DNA of 64,000 bases from the NCBI RefSeq assembly GCF_964204645.1, contig NC_134034.1, forward strand, positions 5,988,914 to 6,052,913. Direction: 5' to 3'. The number at the start of each line of letters is the position of its first letter. Position 1 is the stretch's first letter. The DNA comes from Tubulanus polymorphus. Lineage: Eukaryota; Animalia; Nemertea. Shown here in pieces: positions 24,401 through 37,669 of the stretch. The position numbers were made by a program, and so were the translations under genes. Under the pieces are notes generated by a model. It ran no database searches. It had not been told where the DNA came from and was given only the letters and a program-made list of their open reading frames with translations.

Positions 24401-25400
24401 GTCGCATGATAGCTAGGCCGAATTCCGGTAATATGCGGCTCCGTACACGAAAGGAACTTTAGATCTTTGTTAACGGATTACAGAGGAGGCCAGGACCAGT
24501 CCTGGGATCCTGCTTGTAGTGCTTATAGCTCTTCGCTGAAGGCCAACACTTGCGCTTGAATGGCTAGTAATATGGAACTAACTTCGTCCGAAGGAGCCGA
24601 CCTGTGGCTGGAATGAGACTTCCTTCGGTGTCGCACCGGAGACCGGGAACGTGACCGATAGGTCGACGATACCGTCGACATTTATCTCCTGCGGTAGATC
24701 TCACTATCCCTGTTGCGCGCGAAACAGAGCTCCTATTCGGAGATCGAGAACGGTGTCACCTACCGCCGTGCTTATCCGTTTTCCTACGGCGCTCTCGTGG
24801 GCGACGCTCACTGTGCGCACTTAACGAGCGATCGGCTGTAGATCCTTTGCAGGGTGATACAGAGATCGAGTATTCACGTGCCTTGCGGACCTTGACCGGG
24901 GTCCGGGACCGGGTACTGGCACCTGAATGTAAACCAGTTCCTGACCAGGACCGTGTTTTTGACCGAGACCGGACCTTCGACCGGATGACCGGGTCCGTGA
25001 CCGGACCAGGGACCGAATTCTTTAATGCGACCGGGACCCGCAAATCTGACGTGAGCGGGCCGGTTGTCGCGATCGAGATCCCGTGGAGACCGAATCCGCC
25101 GGGACGAGGTGGGTTCGAAACCTGCGTGACCGGCCGATCAAGGGCAGGGGGAGCAGGAATACTCGGAGAGTTAGTAACCACTGACGTATTGTCAGCACTA
25201 CTAGTCGACTTCTCTTTCCGAGAAGCGTAGGAGCGAGACTTGGCGTTGGCCCCTTGGGGGCGGAAATACCACTGTCCGCCATAATCTGAAAAAAATACCA
25301 AACAACCTCTCCTTACGGAGGATATGTAATATTGGAGACAAGATATATTTGAAAATACACTCTTGAAAGAGAAGAATATATTATCTGTAGGATGAATATA
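21470..25400 (-). mobile_element. DIRS-type tyrosine-recombinase retrotransposon, degenerate and internally deleted
   Basis: GC-rich; RT (YFQVPV, LPFGLS, YLDDWL) 22800-23630; SAM-like/YR region 21613-22750 (PWDLTVVL, KTVFLL.LAARRSEL, HQVRSMATSWA, WSSPSTFASFY); gag-like remnants upstream; ends approximate. Confidence 0.9.
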
Positions 25401-27923
25401 TTTATTATAGTATCGAACGATAACCGGAAGAAATTCAAGATATAGACCAAATCATCGACTTGTATTCATGTATTAAACCGGAGAGGAGAGCACGTACGAA
25501 CCACCCGAGAATCGACGAATCTAATTCAATGGATTCGATCCCCCAACCGACCGATCGCGATCAATATCAACAATCTTCCACTTCTCTGTCTCGATCAGTG
25601 ACTGTTAATCTACAACTAGATGGGCGTTTAACAACCGATAATTTCAACCGATTTTCCGACCAACAATTCAAGCCGTCTTGCTCAGCGTAAAAAGATGGTG
25701 AATCTCCCGTTGAGGGCGCCACTATACGGGTTCACAAAGTCGTTATTTCTGGCGTTTTCCGGCCAAGCTAGTGTTGGCTACGTATGTTTTTACAGGGAAC
25801 GTATTGAAGGGAATAGGAATTTCCTGGACCTCTTTTGCTCGGAGTATGGGTACCAAAAACGGTGGGGCATTCGGCTCGGATGTACTGGCATACCTTTACT
25901 GGGATTCCCCTCCTTTCTATAGGTTTGATTTCAAAAGTTAAGTTGGTTAGGCCTATGTCGCTAAGATGCTGGCCAATGCCATAAGCAGGATTTCCCTTGA
26001 ATTAACGCGCTTATATATGAACTAAACTCTCGGATTCCTTATTTTTACTATGTTATAGGATATAGAAGATTTTGGAATAGTGGTCTGTGCTCAACTTTTG
26101 ATCGATTGATTGAGGACCTCATTTCTTTGACAAAAGCCGGAATCTTCAGTTGAATCAGGAGAAACAAAAATTGTTCAGGACACACTATATCATGATACTT
26201 ACTAGCCAAAAATTAGTTCATCAAAACTACGTCAGTTCCAAAAACTACCATCATGCTTCCCCAAAATGGAAAATTAAATAAATAATATTTTACTTCATTT
26301 ATTTACATTTCATTTGTCTGTACATCATGATATAAATTGTTGTTATTGTTTTATGTGCATGTACCCGTATGAGCTGAAGTTTTCACTTCATTTGAATAAA
26401 TTCTTAAATACAGTAATTCTAATTCTCAATAGTTTTTCTTATTGTTTGGTAATTCCTTGTAACTTCTCATTGTAATTCTATTTCCACAATTCATACAAGA
26501 ACTAGTTGAATGAAAGTACAGTTAGGCTGGACCTGACAACCCATAATGAGTGCTAGCATCGAAATTTGATTATTTTGATTTTATTTTCGGTGTCATTAAA
26601 CTTCGTAAATAAAGGTTCAACTGACATTGTACTTAGCATAGCTTCGATTGGGTTTCATATTTCTACATTTTCTACAAGGAGGAGCCTTAAAAGGTCGACC
26701 CCGGGTAGAGGTCAAAACTTGGTTTACTTTCTCAACTTGCTGGAGACTAGCATCTGCATTCATGCCTCGATTTGTCTGGCCTATGAGAGTCGAAAAACAT
26801 TTTCCCATACACAGGCTTGGCTTTAGTGTAGATTAAGGCTAGGCACTGGATTAAGTGGAACTCTTAACTCGCAAAATTAAACGAGTCAACAAGAAAGATC
26901 CAATAATTGAACATTTATCTATCTATATCAATTAACAGCTTTAAATATACATTCTGCAAGAGTACACAAAAGTACACATTTTATCCGAATCAAGCGTTAA
27001 AGCCACAGATTGGCTTAGCTTGGACTTGAATCCTGGTTCCATTGCTTAAAGTTCTATTGAAATCCCCTTGGTTACCTCGGAATATCGCTTAGATTTTAAA
27101 GACTACAAATTTGGTCCCAGGAAAACCAAGTAAAGCGGGGTACTACTGTACATCAGCTGTTGACCTATTTTTCTCTGGTTGAATCAAGTTATTACTGAAA
27201 TAGCGTTCGTTTTATTTTATCTTTAAAAAATTGTGTCGTTAAGCTATCCTGCTGCAAATTTCACAGTTGTAGTTCACTGGTGGCATCTGATATGAAATAT
27301 AATCACTGCTACAAGAAGTATTTTCTCGGTATCTGTATGTCCATCTTAGCAAATCAACTTGGTCCATGATTCCTCCTTTTATAGATAGTCTAAAAATAAG
27401 AATTGATACATTTTTCGAACAGATGGTATGCCATTTCTTTAAAAAACCTGATGATTATAGCAAATTAATTATTCGCAATTGTTAAATCCATTAATACTCA
27501 CGGTGAATTAAAACGAAATTAAGTAAAGATCCTTTTGTCCAAAAGCCGCATCATCATTATAAGTAGCTATCAAATTTAACTTACCTCCAGTCTCCAACAC
27601 AGAATAGGCCTACCACAATCACCCATTGTCATGCGTGACGTGTTGACAAAAGAAAAGTGGCTCTTATAATCATATTTTACATACATTTGAAATGTTGAAA
27701 TAAAATTTTTTCGTCTTGTAAAGAAGTAAACCACATTCTTGGAATATTCAGCATAGTGTTTAAAGTTGGCTTGTAGGGTTGTGATAGGGTTTTGATAGGT
27801 TTTCAAACTCCACAAATGCTGTGTATGCATGTCTCTATAACCAATAATTAGGTAGAGACTAAAGCAAAGGTTCAGGACTCGGCAGCGGTCCCGGCCCGGA
27901 AAATATTTAAAAACGTGTATTGT

Positions 27924-28094
27924 CGGTTCCTAGCACGATTTCAGCAGCATTTTTCGAAAATTCGCTGAAATTTCAGCATTTTTCGGAAATTCCCTGAAAT
28001 TTCAGCGTTTTTCGGAAATCCCCTGAAATTTCAGTGTTTTCTTTTCAGCGTTTCACTGTTTCAAGGTTTCAGCTTTTTCAGCGGAGTTCAGGAA
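27924..28094. repeat. Short foldback/minisatellite element
   Basis: CGGTTCCT...AGGAACCG ends enclosing ~27-bp tandem units ctgaaatttcagcatttttcggaaattcc. Confidence 0.45.
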
Positions 28095-28219
28095 CCGTCA
28101 AAAGAAGGTATCTTTTCGCTCTAGCCCGACCTCCGCCCATCTTAACGGAAAACGGACCCGCCAAATCCAGACCGATTTCTGAATTTATTTTGACGAGCTA
28201 GTTCCCGAGTGCACTGCTA

Positions 28220-29098
28220 GTTGTTACACATTATCATTATGTGCTTATACTATCAAAAGTCCTGTAATGTCACTCGATTTTGACAGATTTATCGGAAATT
28301 TGGTTTCTTCCGGTAATAATTCGCATCTTTCGACTCTCGCTCGCGATCGGACAACTCCATTTTCATCCAGGTACGGGTTCAACCCTGCGAGTTTACTACT
28401 GAGTAATACATTTTCCTTCTTTTCTAACGCTACTATTTTTTCACTGAAAGTTTCTCGCTGACGTACTTTCACCAACTCTACATCCACTGCTTTCAGTTCT
28501 TCTGGAGACAATACGCGATCATATAATTTCTACTCGACTTACACGTTTTACAGTTCAATACGAATCGCTTAACCCATGAATAAATTCGAACCAACGAAAA
28601 CATTCCTGTCGAGGATATACCACCGTTTTGTACAGTTAACCATGTTGACCATGGACTAGGTTTCAAACTCCACACAAATTCGTCGAATGGAATATTCGTC
28701 ATCGAAACATCATTTCCTTTGCGATTTTCTGTATTTTCAACGTGTAAATCCAACGCACGAATCATAAGCCCAGTAGGTTTTTCTACGTCTGGATTTTCGA
28801 CTGTTTCATGAGTAATATAATCTCCCCAATCTTTACGAATTTCATCCATGGCTTTGGATGATATTTTGATCTCTGTTTCCGGCCATCAGTCTGAGATATC
28901 GCATAGAAATTGTGGTCCATGCCACCATAACTGTTCATCTTTCAACCGAGCTATACTGCAGCCTCTTGACGCGACATCTGCTGGATTACAACTTATCTCC
29001 ACTGAGACGGAGAAGTAACTTCGTGAATTTTACCGATACGATTTGAAACAAACGTCTTGTAACTTCGACTTTCTCCTCTTAACCAGAACAAAACATCA
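28220..29098 (-). mobile_element. BEL/Pao LTR retrotransposon pol fragment (RNase H and downstream)
   Basis: VLFWL...[11 protein letters not shown]...QWR...NPADVASRG...WWHGPQFL; LNPYLDENGVVR. Confidence 0.88.
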
Positions 29099-29134
29099 TA
29101 ACCGAATCCACCGAATCTGGCGACAGTCGTAGGC

Positions 29135-29613
29135 AGTAATAGGCGTAATGGGCTTTCAAGCCAAAGGTCGAACGGTCGAGTGAGTAAAAAATGAAAAACA
29201 TGAAAATAATTACAATTTCTACTTGAATTACTCGCGAAACTCATAAAAATGAAAAATAAATTCTCACACGCTCTAATTTATTTTTCATTTTTATGAGTTT
29301 CACTCCTAATTCAAGTAGAAATTGTAATTATTTTCATGTTTTTCATTTTTTACTCACTCGCCCCTTCAACCTTTAACCTGAAAGCCTATTATCCCTATTA
29401 CTCTTAAAATAATCATATACGTGAATAACATTCAAATTGACAGATTATTCAATATCAAAGTGTAAGCTCTTATAGAATAAATATAAAAGTATATATTTAC
29501 AACATTATTTCAATATTCATATTTGTATGAGTTAGATTTTAAACATTAAAAGTGTTAGTAAAGTGTGATTGAAATAATACATGATATAAATCATTGAACT
29601 TCTAAAATCAATT
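29135..29613 (+). repeat. P2 left TIR containing a 268-bp imperfect palindrome (29135-29402)
   Basis: Inverted match to ~44772-45227; internal arms fold back around a loop at ~29262-29275. Confidence 0.93.
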
Positions 29614-29636
29614 TTAATAAAAAATTTAGTATTAAA

Positions 29637-32600
29637 ATGGAAGCAAATAAGTACTACTGTCCAACATGTAATATCAATATAGATAAATCCCAAAAAGCAA
29701 GGCACAATAAAACTAAAACACATTTAGAGAATAAATTGAAACTAGAATATAAAGATGATATATTAGAATCTAAATTAGATGAATTAAAGAATGAAAAAGA
29801 AATATATAAATGTGATACATGTAATCAATCATTCAGTGATAAAAGATATTATAATAAACATTTAAAATCTAAAAGTCATATTAGAAATAAGAATAATGAT
29901 ATTTTAGGTGAAGATTATTTTGATTAAGATAATGATAAGAAACAGAAGACAATTAAAAGCATAAAAAGTAAATTAAACAATAAAAGACCATACATGGAAG
30001 ATGTAAGAAATTATATTAATTCATTAGATAATAAAAAAGATATAGAGATAACCGAAGCATTTAAAAGTGATATTGGCCCAGCAGCTATCGAGTTTAAATT
30101 TCATGAAGGAAAAACATTAGAAGAAAATAAAAAACATTTAGAAAATATGAAAAATATTATAAAAATAATTACTGATGTTGATTACCCTAAAATTAGTATA
30201 TCTTCTAAAGTTAAATTCATAAAATCTGAAGATAAACCAATATATAATATAAATTCTCATTCACAACATATTATATCTAAACAACATATAGATGATGAAT
30301 TAGATAAATGTTATAATGAAGTAAAAACTAAAATAGAAGAGAAATATTTTGAAGGATCTGGTTTAATATTTGATGAAATAATATTTATGACTTTACATGT
30401 GTATAACACAAAATATAATAAGTTAACTAAATCAAAACAAATAGATGAAAATAATGTATCATATTATAAAGAACAAGATATTGAAGCATCGAGTTATATT
30501 AAACTACCATTTAAAACTAATGCTGTAATAAATGTACAAAATGAAGATGATAAATGTTTTCTATGGGCTATAACAAGTTGTTTACACCCAGTTGAAGATT
30601 ATAAACAACATAGTTTTAGATTAACTCATCATAAACCATTTGAAAATAGTTATAAGATAGATAAGTATCCTGTTAGAATTAAAAACGTCCCAAAGATAGA
30701 AAGAGATAATAATTTAAGAATAAATGTATTTGATTTAATCAAATTACCAAATACAAAAGGTAACAATATAAAACATTATACATTAGAACCTTTATATCTA
30801 TCAAAAGATTATGATTCAAACGATGTTATAGATATATCATATTATGAGAATCATTATATGTGGATTAAACAAATAGATTTATTTTTTAAATCAGAAAATG
30901 ATCACCATAAAATATATCTATGTAGAAAATGTTTACATAAATTCAGTAATGAAAGTACATTATTAAATCATAAACAATTATGTGAAAATCATGATAATTG
31001 TAAATTAGTTTTACCAAATGAAAAGGATAAAATATTAGAATTCAAAAAATATGATTACAAAAATAAAGTTCCATTTGTAATATATGGAGATTTTGAATCA
31101 TTAAATAAAGAATTAACTGATCAAGATAGAAAAGAAATATATTATAAAAGATAGAAATTAAATTCTAATGAAAATGATTTTTCAGATGAACCACCAAAAA
31201 CAAATACAATTAAAAAGATTCATCAATCAGCTGCAGCTTTCGGGTTATATATTAAATCTGATTATCCAGAACTAATTAAAAGTGAATATTATCATTATAG
31301 AAATGAAAATGTTATCAATCATTTTTGTGACTTATTAATTGAATATGAAATAAGATTTAGTAAATTATTGAATACAAATATAGAAATTATAATGACAGAA
31401 GAAGATAAAGAAAAATTTGCGTTTGCAGATAAATGTTATTATTGTGAAAAGATATTTAATTATAAAGATAAAAAGTAAGAGACCATGATCATTTGAATGG
31501 AAAGTTTAGAGGCGCTGCACATAAGAATTGTAACTTACAAGCTAAGAAAATTAATTTTGTACCAGTTATATTTCATAATCTATCAGGATATGATGCACAT
31601 TTATTCATCAAACAGTTATGCCATAAAATAGAAGAAATTAATAATGAAATAGAAAGATTAAATTCAAATAGATCAAAAGATAAAATACCAACTTATAAAT
31701 TTAGAATGTTAGCTAAAACATCTGAGAATTATATATCATTCCAATTTAGTTGCCTAAGATTTATAGATTCATATAGATTTTTAAATAGTTCATTAGATAA
31801 CTTATCAAAATCATTAGTTGATGATGAATTAAAAATATTAAAACAACACTATGCAAATAATGATGATTTGCAATTAATGAGATATAAAGGAGCAATTCCA
31901 TATTCATTTTATAAATCACATAATGATTTTAATATAACTGAATCAAAAAATGAATATGTTAAAGATGAAGTATATAATAGAACATTGAATATTTGGAATC
32001 ATTTCAAAATAACAAATCATGGACAATTAGTAGATTTATATTTAAAATCAGATGTATTATTATTATCGGATATATTCGAAAGGTTTAGAGATGTAAACCT
32101 AAAATATTTTAACATTGATCCTTGTCATTGTTATTCATCACCAGGTTTAACATGGGATTGTGGATTAAAATTTACAGATATAAAAATGGATTTGTTAACA
32201 AATATAGATCAATTATCATTATTTGAAAAATCTATAAGAGGAGGAGTTTCAGGTGTATTAGGTGATAGATATTTCAATGTAAATGATAAACCTGGTTATT
32301 ATAAAAGTTATTATATATAGATGCAAATAATTTGTATGGTTGGGTAATGATGGAACCACAACCTTATCGAGTATTTGAAATAAGTGAAGTTTTACAGAAT
32401 GAAAATAATGATAAATTTGATTGGAAGAAAAGAATTCTAGATATTGCAGATGATTCAGATACTGGTTACTTCTTTGTTGTAGATTTAGAATATCCTGAAC
32501 ATATTAAATTTAAATCTAGAAATCTAGCATACTGTCCCGAACATAAAACTGTAACTCATGAAGAATTATCAAATTACCAAAAAAGAATTAAACCCGAAAA

Positions 32601-33653
32601 TCATATTCATACAGAAAAGTTAATGGTAACTCAAGAAGATAAATATAATTATGTAGTACATTACAGAATGTTAAAGTTTTATTTGAGTCAAGGAATGATT
32701 CTAAAAAAAGTACATAGATATATTTCATTTAGTCAATCTAAGTGGTTAGAAAAATATATAGATTTTAACACCAAACAGAGAAATGAAGCTAAAACCGATT
32801 TTAAGAAAGATTTCTTCAAGTTAATGAACAATGCATTCTATGGTAACACTTGTGAAAATATTAGAAATAGAAATGATATTGAGTTAGTTAGTAATGGTAA
32901 AAGAATTAGACATTTACAAACATATCCTAAGTTCATTGGTAACAGAATATTTGATGAAAATTTAGCCGCAGTTAAGATGAGAAGAACATCAATGAAATTT
33001 AATAAACCAATCTATGTTGGCGCTTCAGTTTTAGAATTATCAAAATTACTAATGTATGAATTCTATTATAATGTATTACAACCACTTTTTCGAGAAAAAC
33101 ATATAGAAATATTATATTTTGATACTGACAGTTACATATTAAAGATAAAAACTGATAACATAACTGATGATTTAAAAACATTAAAACATCATTTTGATTT
33201 CAGTAATTATCCTAAAGATCATGAATTGTTTAGCAATGATAATAAAAAAGTTCCCGGTAAATTCAAAGATGAATTAGGTGGTGAAGAAATGATTGAATTC
33301 ATCGGTATTAGATCTAAAATGTCTTCATATAAAACTAGAGAACATGAAGCTAAAAAGTTAAAAGGAATAACCAAAAGTGTAGTAGAAAAGAATATTCATT
33401 TCAAAGATTACATCAATTGTATATTCAATGAAGAAGTTAGAAAACATAAGATGAGATGTTTAAGATCTGAAGATCATGAAATGTTTATTGAAGAAATTGA
33501 AAAATAAGTCTAAACCCATTTGATGATAAAAGATATATTTTAGATGATGGAATTCATACAGTTGCTTATGGTTGTAATTCAGATGAATATTTAAAATTTA
33601 AAAGAGAAGAAACAAAAGAGAACGAGATAATGAAAAGAATTCTAACGTGTTAA
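29637..33653 (+). pseudogene. polB: Protein-primed PolB, intein-free, disrupted
   Basis: Same motifs as P1; ILYFDTDSY uninterrupted at ~33110-33135; several stops and frameshifts. Confidence 0.95.
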
Positions 33654-33682
33654 TCAAATTTTAATAAAAATATGTTATTAAA

Positions 33683-34035
33683 ATGGAGAGTAAACAAGCG
33701 GAAGTGAGAACAACAAATCATTTCTAGATAGAATAAAAGATACTTCAAATATCAAATCAGTAGATTAAAAATTCAAAAAGTTAACAGAATTAACAATTCA
33801 TAAGAAATATTTAATTACAAATATTGAAACAATTACTAACAAATATGGAGATAAATTAGTTATACACTTAGAATATGAAGGATTAAAAGGAAATACATAT
33901 AAATTCAGAACATATTTACCAGATAGATTTCATAGATTATCAAGTGAAGATTTAGAAGAATTATGTTCTGGAGATTTCTATTTCGTAAACAAAGGTTAGA
34001 ATGAAAAAGGGCACCATGAAATAGATTTCGAATAA
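33683..34035 (+). pseudogene. Small putative ssDNA-binding protein, with stops
   Basis: Near-identical to 57602-57955. Confidence 0.6.
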
Positions 34036-34052
34036 GAAAATATGTAAAATAA

Positions 34053-34808
34053 ATGGTGGAATTAAAAGAATACAGAATATTTGTTGATTCAAGAAAACTT
34101 ACAAATTATAAATCTCATAATTTACTAGTACAATTAGATAGAGAATTTAAGAATTGTGTAGATTTAAAATTAGTAAATATAAGTTTATGTAATTCTTTTT
34201 ATAATATATCGGATAAAACTTTTGAACATAGAGGGTTTATGATTTATATGAGAAATAAAGGTAAATGGTTTCATATATTTTTAAAACCAGGATTATATAA
34301 TTTAGAATCATTAGCGCAGGAAATTAATAGAAGAGCTCGGTTGAAAATCGGGGGCACTTCTGTATTTGAAATTAAATTTAATAAAATTGATAGTACTAAT
34401 AAAATTAGAATAAAGATATCTAATGAACAACATAAATTCATGGTAAACAAACCACTGGCTAAAATGTTAGGAATTAAACCGCTTACAGTTACTGGAAACG
34501 CAGAAGGCAGCTCAAATATAATACCTTTTACACAATTTTATATTTATTGCAATTTAATCGAGCCTACAAAAACTTTCGAAGCAACTAAAAAAACAATTTG
34601 TAGTTCTAGTATACTAAATATTTTACCGCTAAAAAATGTTAAACAATTTGGAACTCAAATAAATTATAATTTAACAGAATGTGATTTCAAACCATGCATT
34701 CCTAAATTTAATAATTTTAAATTAGAAATAAGAAATCATAATGGATATTTAATTGATTTGAATAACTTTCCTGTGATATATGAATTAGTTATAAGATGTA
34801 GAGAGTAA
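34053..34808 (+). CDS. Minor capsid (penton) protein
   Basis: Intact 251-aa ORF with the motifs listed for P1. Confidence 0.8.
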   Translation: MVELKEYRIFVDSRKLTNYKSHNLLVQLDREFKNCVDLKLVNISLCNSFYNISDKTFEHRGFMIYMRNKGKWFHIFLKPGLYNLESLAQEINRRARLKIGGTSVFEIKFNKIDSTNKIRIKISNEQHKFMVNKPLAKMLGIKPLTVTGNAEGSSNIIPFTQFYIYCNLIEPTKTFEATKKTICSSSILNILPLKNVKQFGTQINYNLTECDFKPCIPKFNNFKLEIRNHNGYLIDLNNFPVIYELVIRCRE

Positions 34809-34825
34809 TTTTTTCACTATATAAA

Positions 34826-36311
34826 TTAATATTACTGTTGGGCCGAGCATATGTTTTGGATTTGATTTTAAACGTGAGAAAGAAAATAAAATTTAACGTT
34901 AATGATGTAATTACACATATAAAAAATATTGCATTTTCTAATGAAACAACATTTGAGTATGAAACAACAATAAATAAAGAAACTTTAAATGTAGAAAAGA
35001 TTACTAATTTAATTAGAGAATCTTTAAGATTTTATGAATTAGATGAAGATTTTATTATAGATGATATTAAAAAAATAATAATTGAAATATATGATAATCA
35101 TAAAAGTAGTAATGAAATAAATGTTGAATTAATCATAAATAAGTTAACGAAATATTTTGATGATAGTAATTTTTTTGATAAATATATGAGTGATAATAAG
35201 TGGATAATAACTGGATTATATAATGGCGCATTACTATCAGTTGGAACTGTTGGTTATTCAATGGTATTAAAAAAAGTATTTAAAATGGGAAGTGTTAATG
35301 TTGATAGATTTGATATAAATGATATTTTAAAATTAACATTAGCAGTTACTTTATCTAATTTAACTATTGATTATTTGGAAAAACAAAAATATATAAGTCT
35401 CCCATATAAATGCATAATTATTTTACTAAATAAATGGCTTCTGCAGTTATAACTATTATAGGATCGGCAATTGTTAACGCTTTAGCATTTACTGGTGGTG
35501 GTTATTTATTCAAGCATATTGATAAAAATGGTTCATTAACAGAACAAAAAAGACATAACTTAGCATTAGAGAAATACAATAAAGCAGTGGAAGAATATAG
35601 AGAAAAGAGGCAAAACTATATGGATTACATCAATAAAGAATTATATGATCAGAAGATTTCACATAGAGATTTTCAATCAGTTGATGATGCAATGAGTTTA
35701 TATAACGCGGTAACCAATAAAGAAAAATTACATCTATACAAACCAAAATTATCAGATTATTATACCCCAAGTAATGAACAGAAGAAATATGAAATAATTT
35801 GGATTTTAGGTGGAACTGTTATTGTTATATTTGTAGCATATAAGTTTACTAATTAGTAATTTTTTTTCTAAATAAATGGAAGATAAAGTTGATAATATTG
35901 ATATTATTCCTCATGATATAAATAAAACTAAATTAAAAATATATTTAGAAAAACAAATATTAGAATTTGAAAGTGACTTAAAGATAAAAAAAGAAAAAAT
36001 ATTTAAAAAGTAAAATTATATATTATTTGATTATAAGTGGTTCGGTTACAATAAGTTCTGTAATAACATTTCTAGCAATATTCAGTCCATTAACACCTTT
36101 AGCTATATCAATTGGTGTATTATGATTAAGTTCAAGTGTTTTAACTGGTATAAGTTCAAAATTCAATATAAAAAGTAATTAAGAAAAAATTAAAACTAAT
36201 ATGAAAGAAATAAATAAATTAAAGAATACACTAGATTATATAATTAGTTTAAATGGTCATATAACAGTTAAAGAACAAGATAAATTATTAAAAGAATTAA
36301 TAAATTATTAA
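34826..36311 (+). other. P2 cassette of four small genes (acidic protein and three membrane proteins); 35434-35856 intact, most others damaged
   Basis: Colinear with P1 10228-11710. Confidence 0.8.
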
Positions 36312-36327
36312 TTTTTTAGTTATATAA

Positions 36328-37653
36328 ATGGCAGATAGTTTTCCAAAAGCTTTCCAATATAATAAATCAATTAAATATAATATTCCAGCAATAGATTTTA
36401 ATAAAGATATTTCATATAGAAATGAAGTTTTAAATTCATTAATTGATTTAGAAATTTATGTTACTGAAACTAATAATTTTAATGCAAAGATGGAAAATAT
36501 ATTTCATGTATATTTAATTAATTTTAAAAAATTGAAAGATGAAAAACAATGTTTATTAAAATCTAATATGAAGTATTGGCAGAACCAATTAAATTTTGCT
36601 GTTTATTGTGCAACAACAGGATGTGGAATTAGTTGGAATGATCATTTAAACAAATCAAGTTTACCATTGATGTTATCACTTTTTAGATTTCATACATATT
36701 TTCAAATAAAATTAATATTAGATGAATTAGAATGTCCTTTACCAGGTTCAAAATATTTTAAAGAATTGAATAATAATATTAATTTTTCTAAGTTTTATAA
36801 AATATGTAATGAATTTAATATTAATTAAAATAAAGATTTTAGAGCAAAAATTGGAACAATGGGTGGATTAGGAATATTATATACTAAAGAATTTGGAAAA
36901 ATAATGACAAATTCAGATGTAAGAACACTAAATTGGAAGGAATTACCAAAATATTATGATAATATACAACAACAAAATAATAATGGTTGGGTTAATTTCA
37001 TTTTAGAAAATAGTGAAGGTTTTACTAAAGCTGGAATACAAAGAATAAATCAATCTATTAGAACTTATTTGATATGTATTTTAGGTGCGCAAGTTGAAAC
37101 AAGATCCCCAATAATTGGAAATGATAACACTTCATTCGATGCGCAGAAACAATTCAAAGTATTATTTGAAGATTCAATTCATAATGATAAAAATAGATCG
37201 ATTCCAGAAAACATTGTAAGATATCAAAATTATTTAGATAAATCACATATTAGATTAAATTATTGTATAGGCCCTAATCTATTTATTATTTCTAATGATT
37301 TAGTATTAAAGATGGGAAATATAATTGGTTATAATAATCTAATTAAAACTGCAACAATAAATAATTCATTTGGATTAAATGATATAAATAAAAAGATTAT
37401 TACTGCTCCAAAATTAATGGAAGGTGAAAAAAATAAAAAACATATTCAATCAACAGAAACTAAAACTAAGAATATTAAATTAAATAATGATTCTAAAATA
37501 AAAGATTACAATACATCAGAAGATATAAAAACTGATAATATTCAACATGAAATAATTAAACTAAATGATGATAATAAATCCCATGAAAATACTAAATTAG
37601 CTATAACTTGTATAGGAATTGTAATCGGAGGAATATTATATTTTAGATTTTAA
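36328..37653 (+). pseudogene. Conserved NQLNFAV-motif protein with TM anchor, one stop
   Basis: Homolog of P1 11727-13115. Confidence 0.78.
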
Positions 37654-37669
37654 TTTTTTTATTATGTAA

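Noticed and set aside
25460-27860. Short ORFs as host exons
   Set aside because: No recognisable domains or consistent splice structure; left unannotated.
28993-29244. ORF spanning the P2 TIR and BEL RNase H; P2 inserted directly into BEL
   Set aside because: Chance fusion; BEL homology stops ~35 bp before the TSD and does not resume after 45233.
34838-35452. 204-aa fused protein
   Set aside because: Artefact of a lost start, a frameshift and lost stops joining separate genes seen in P1.
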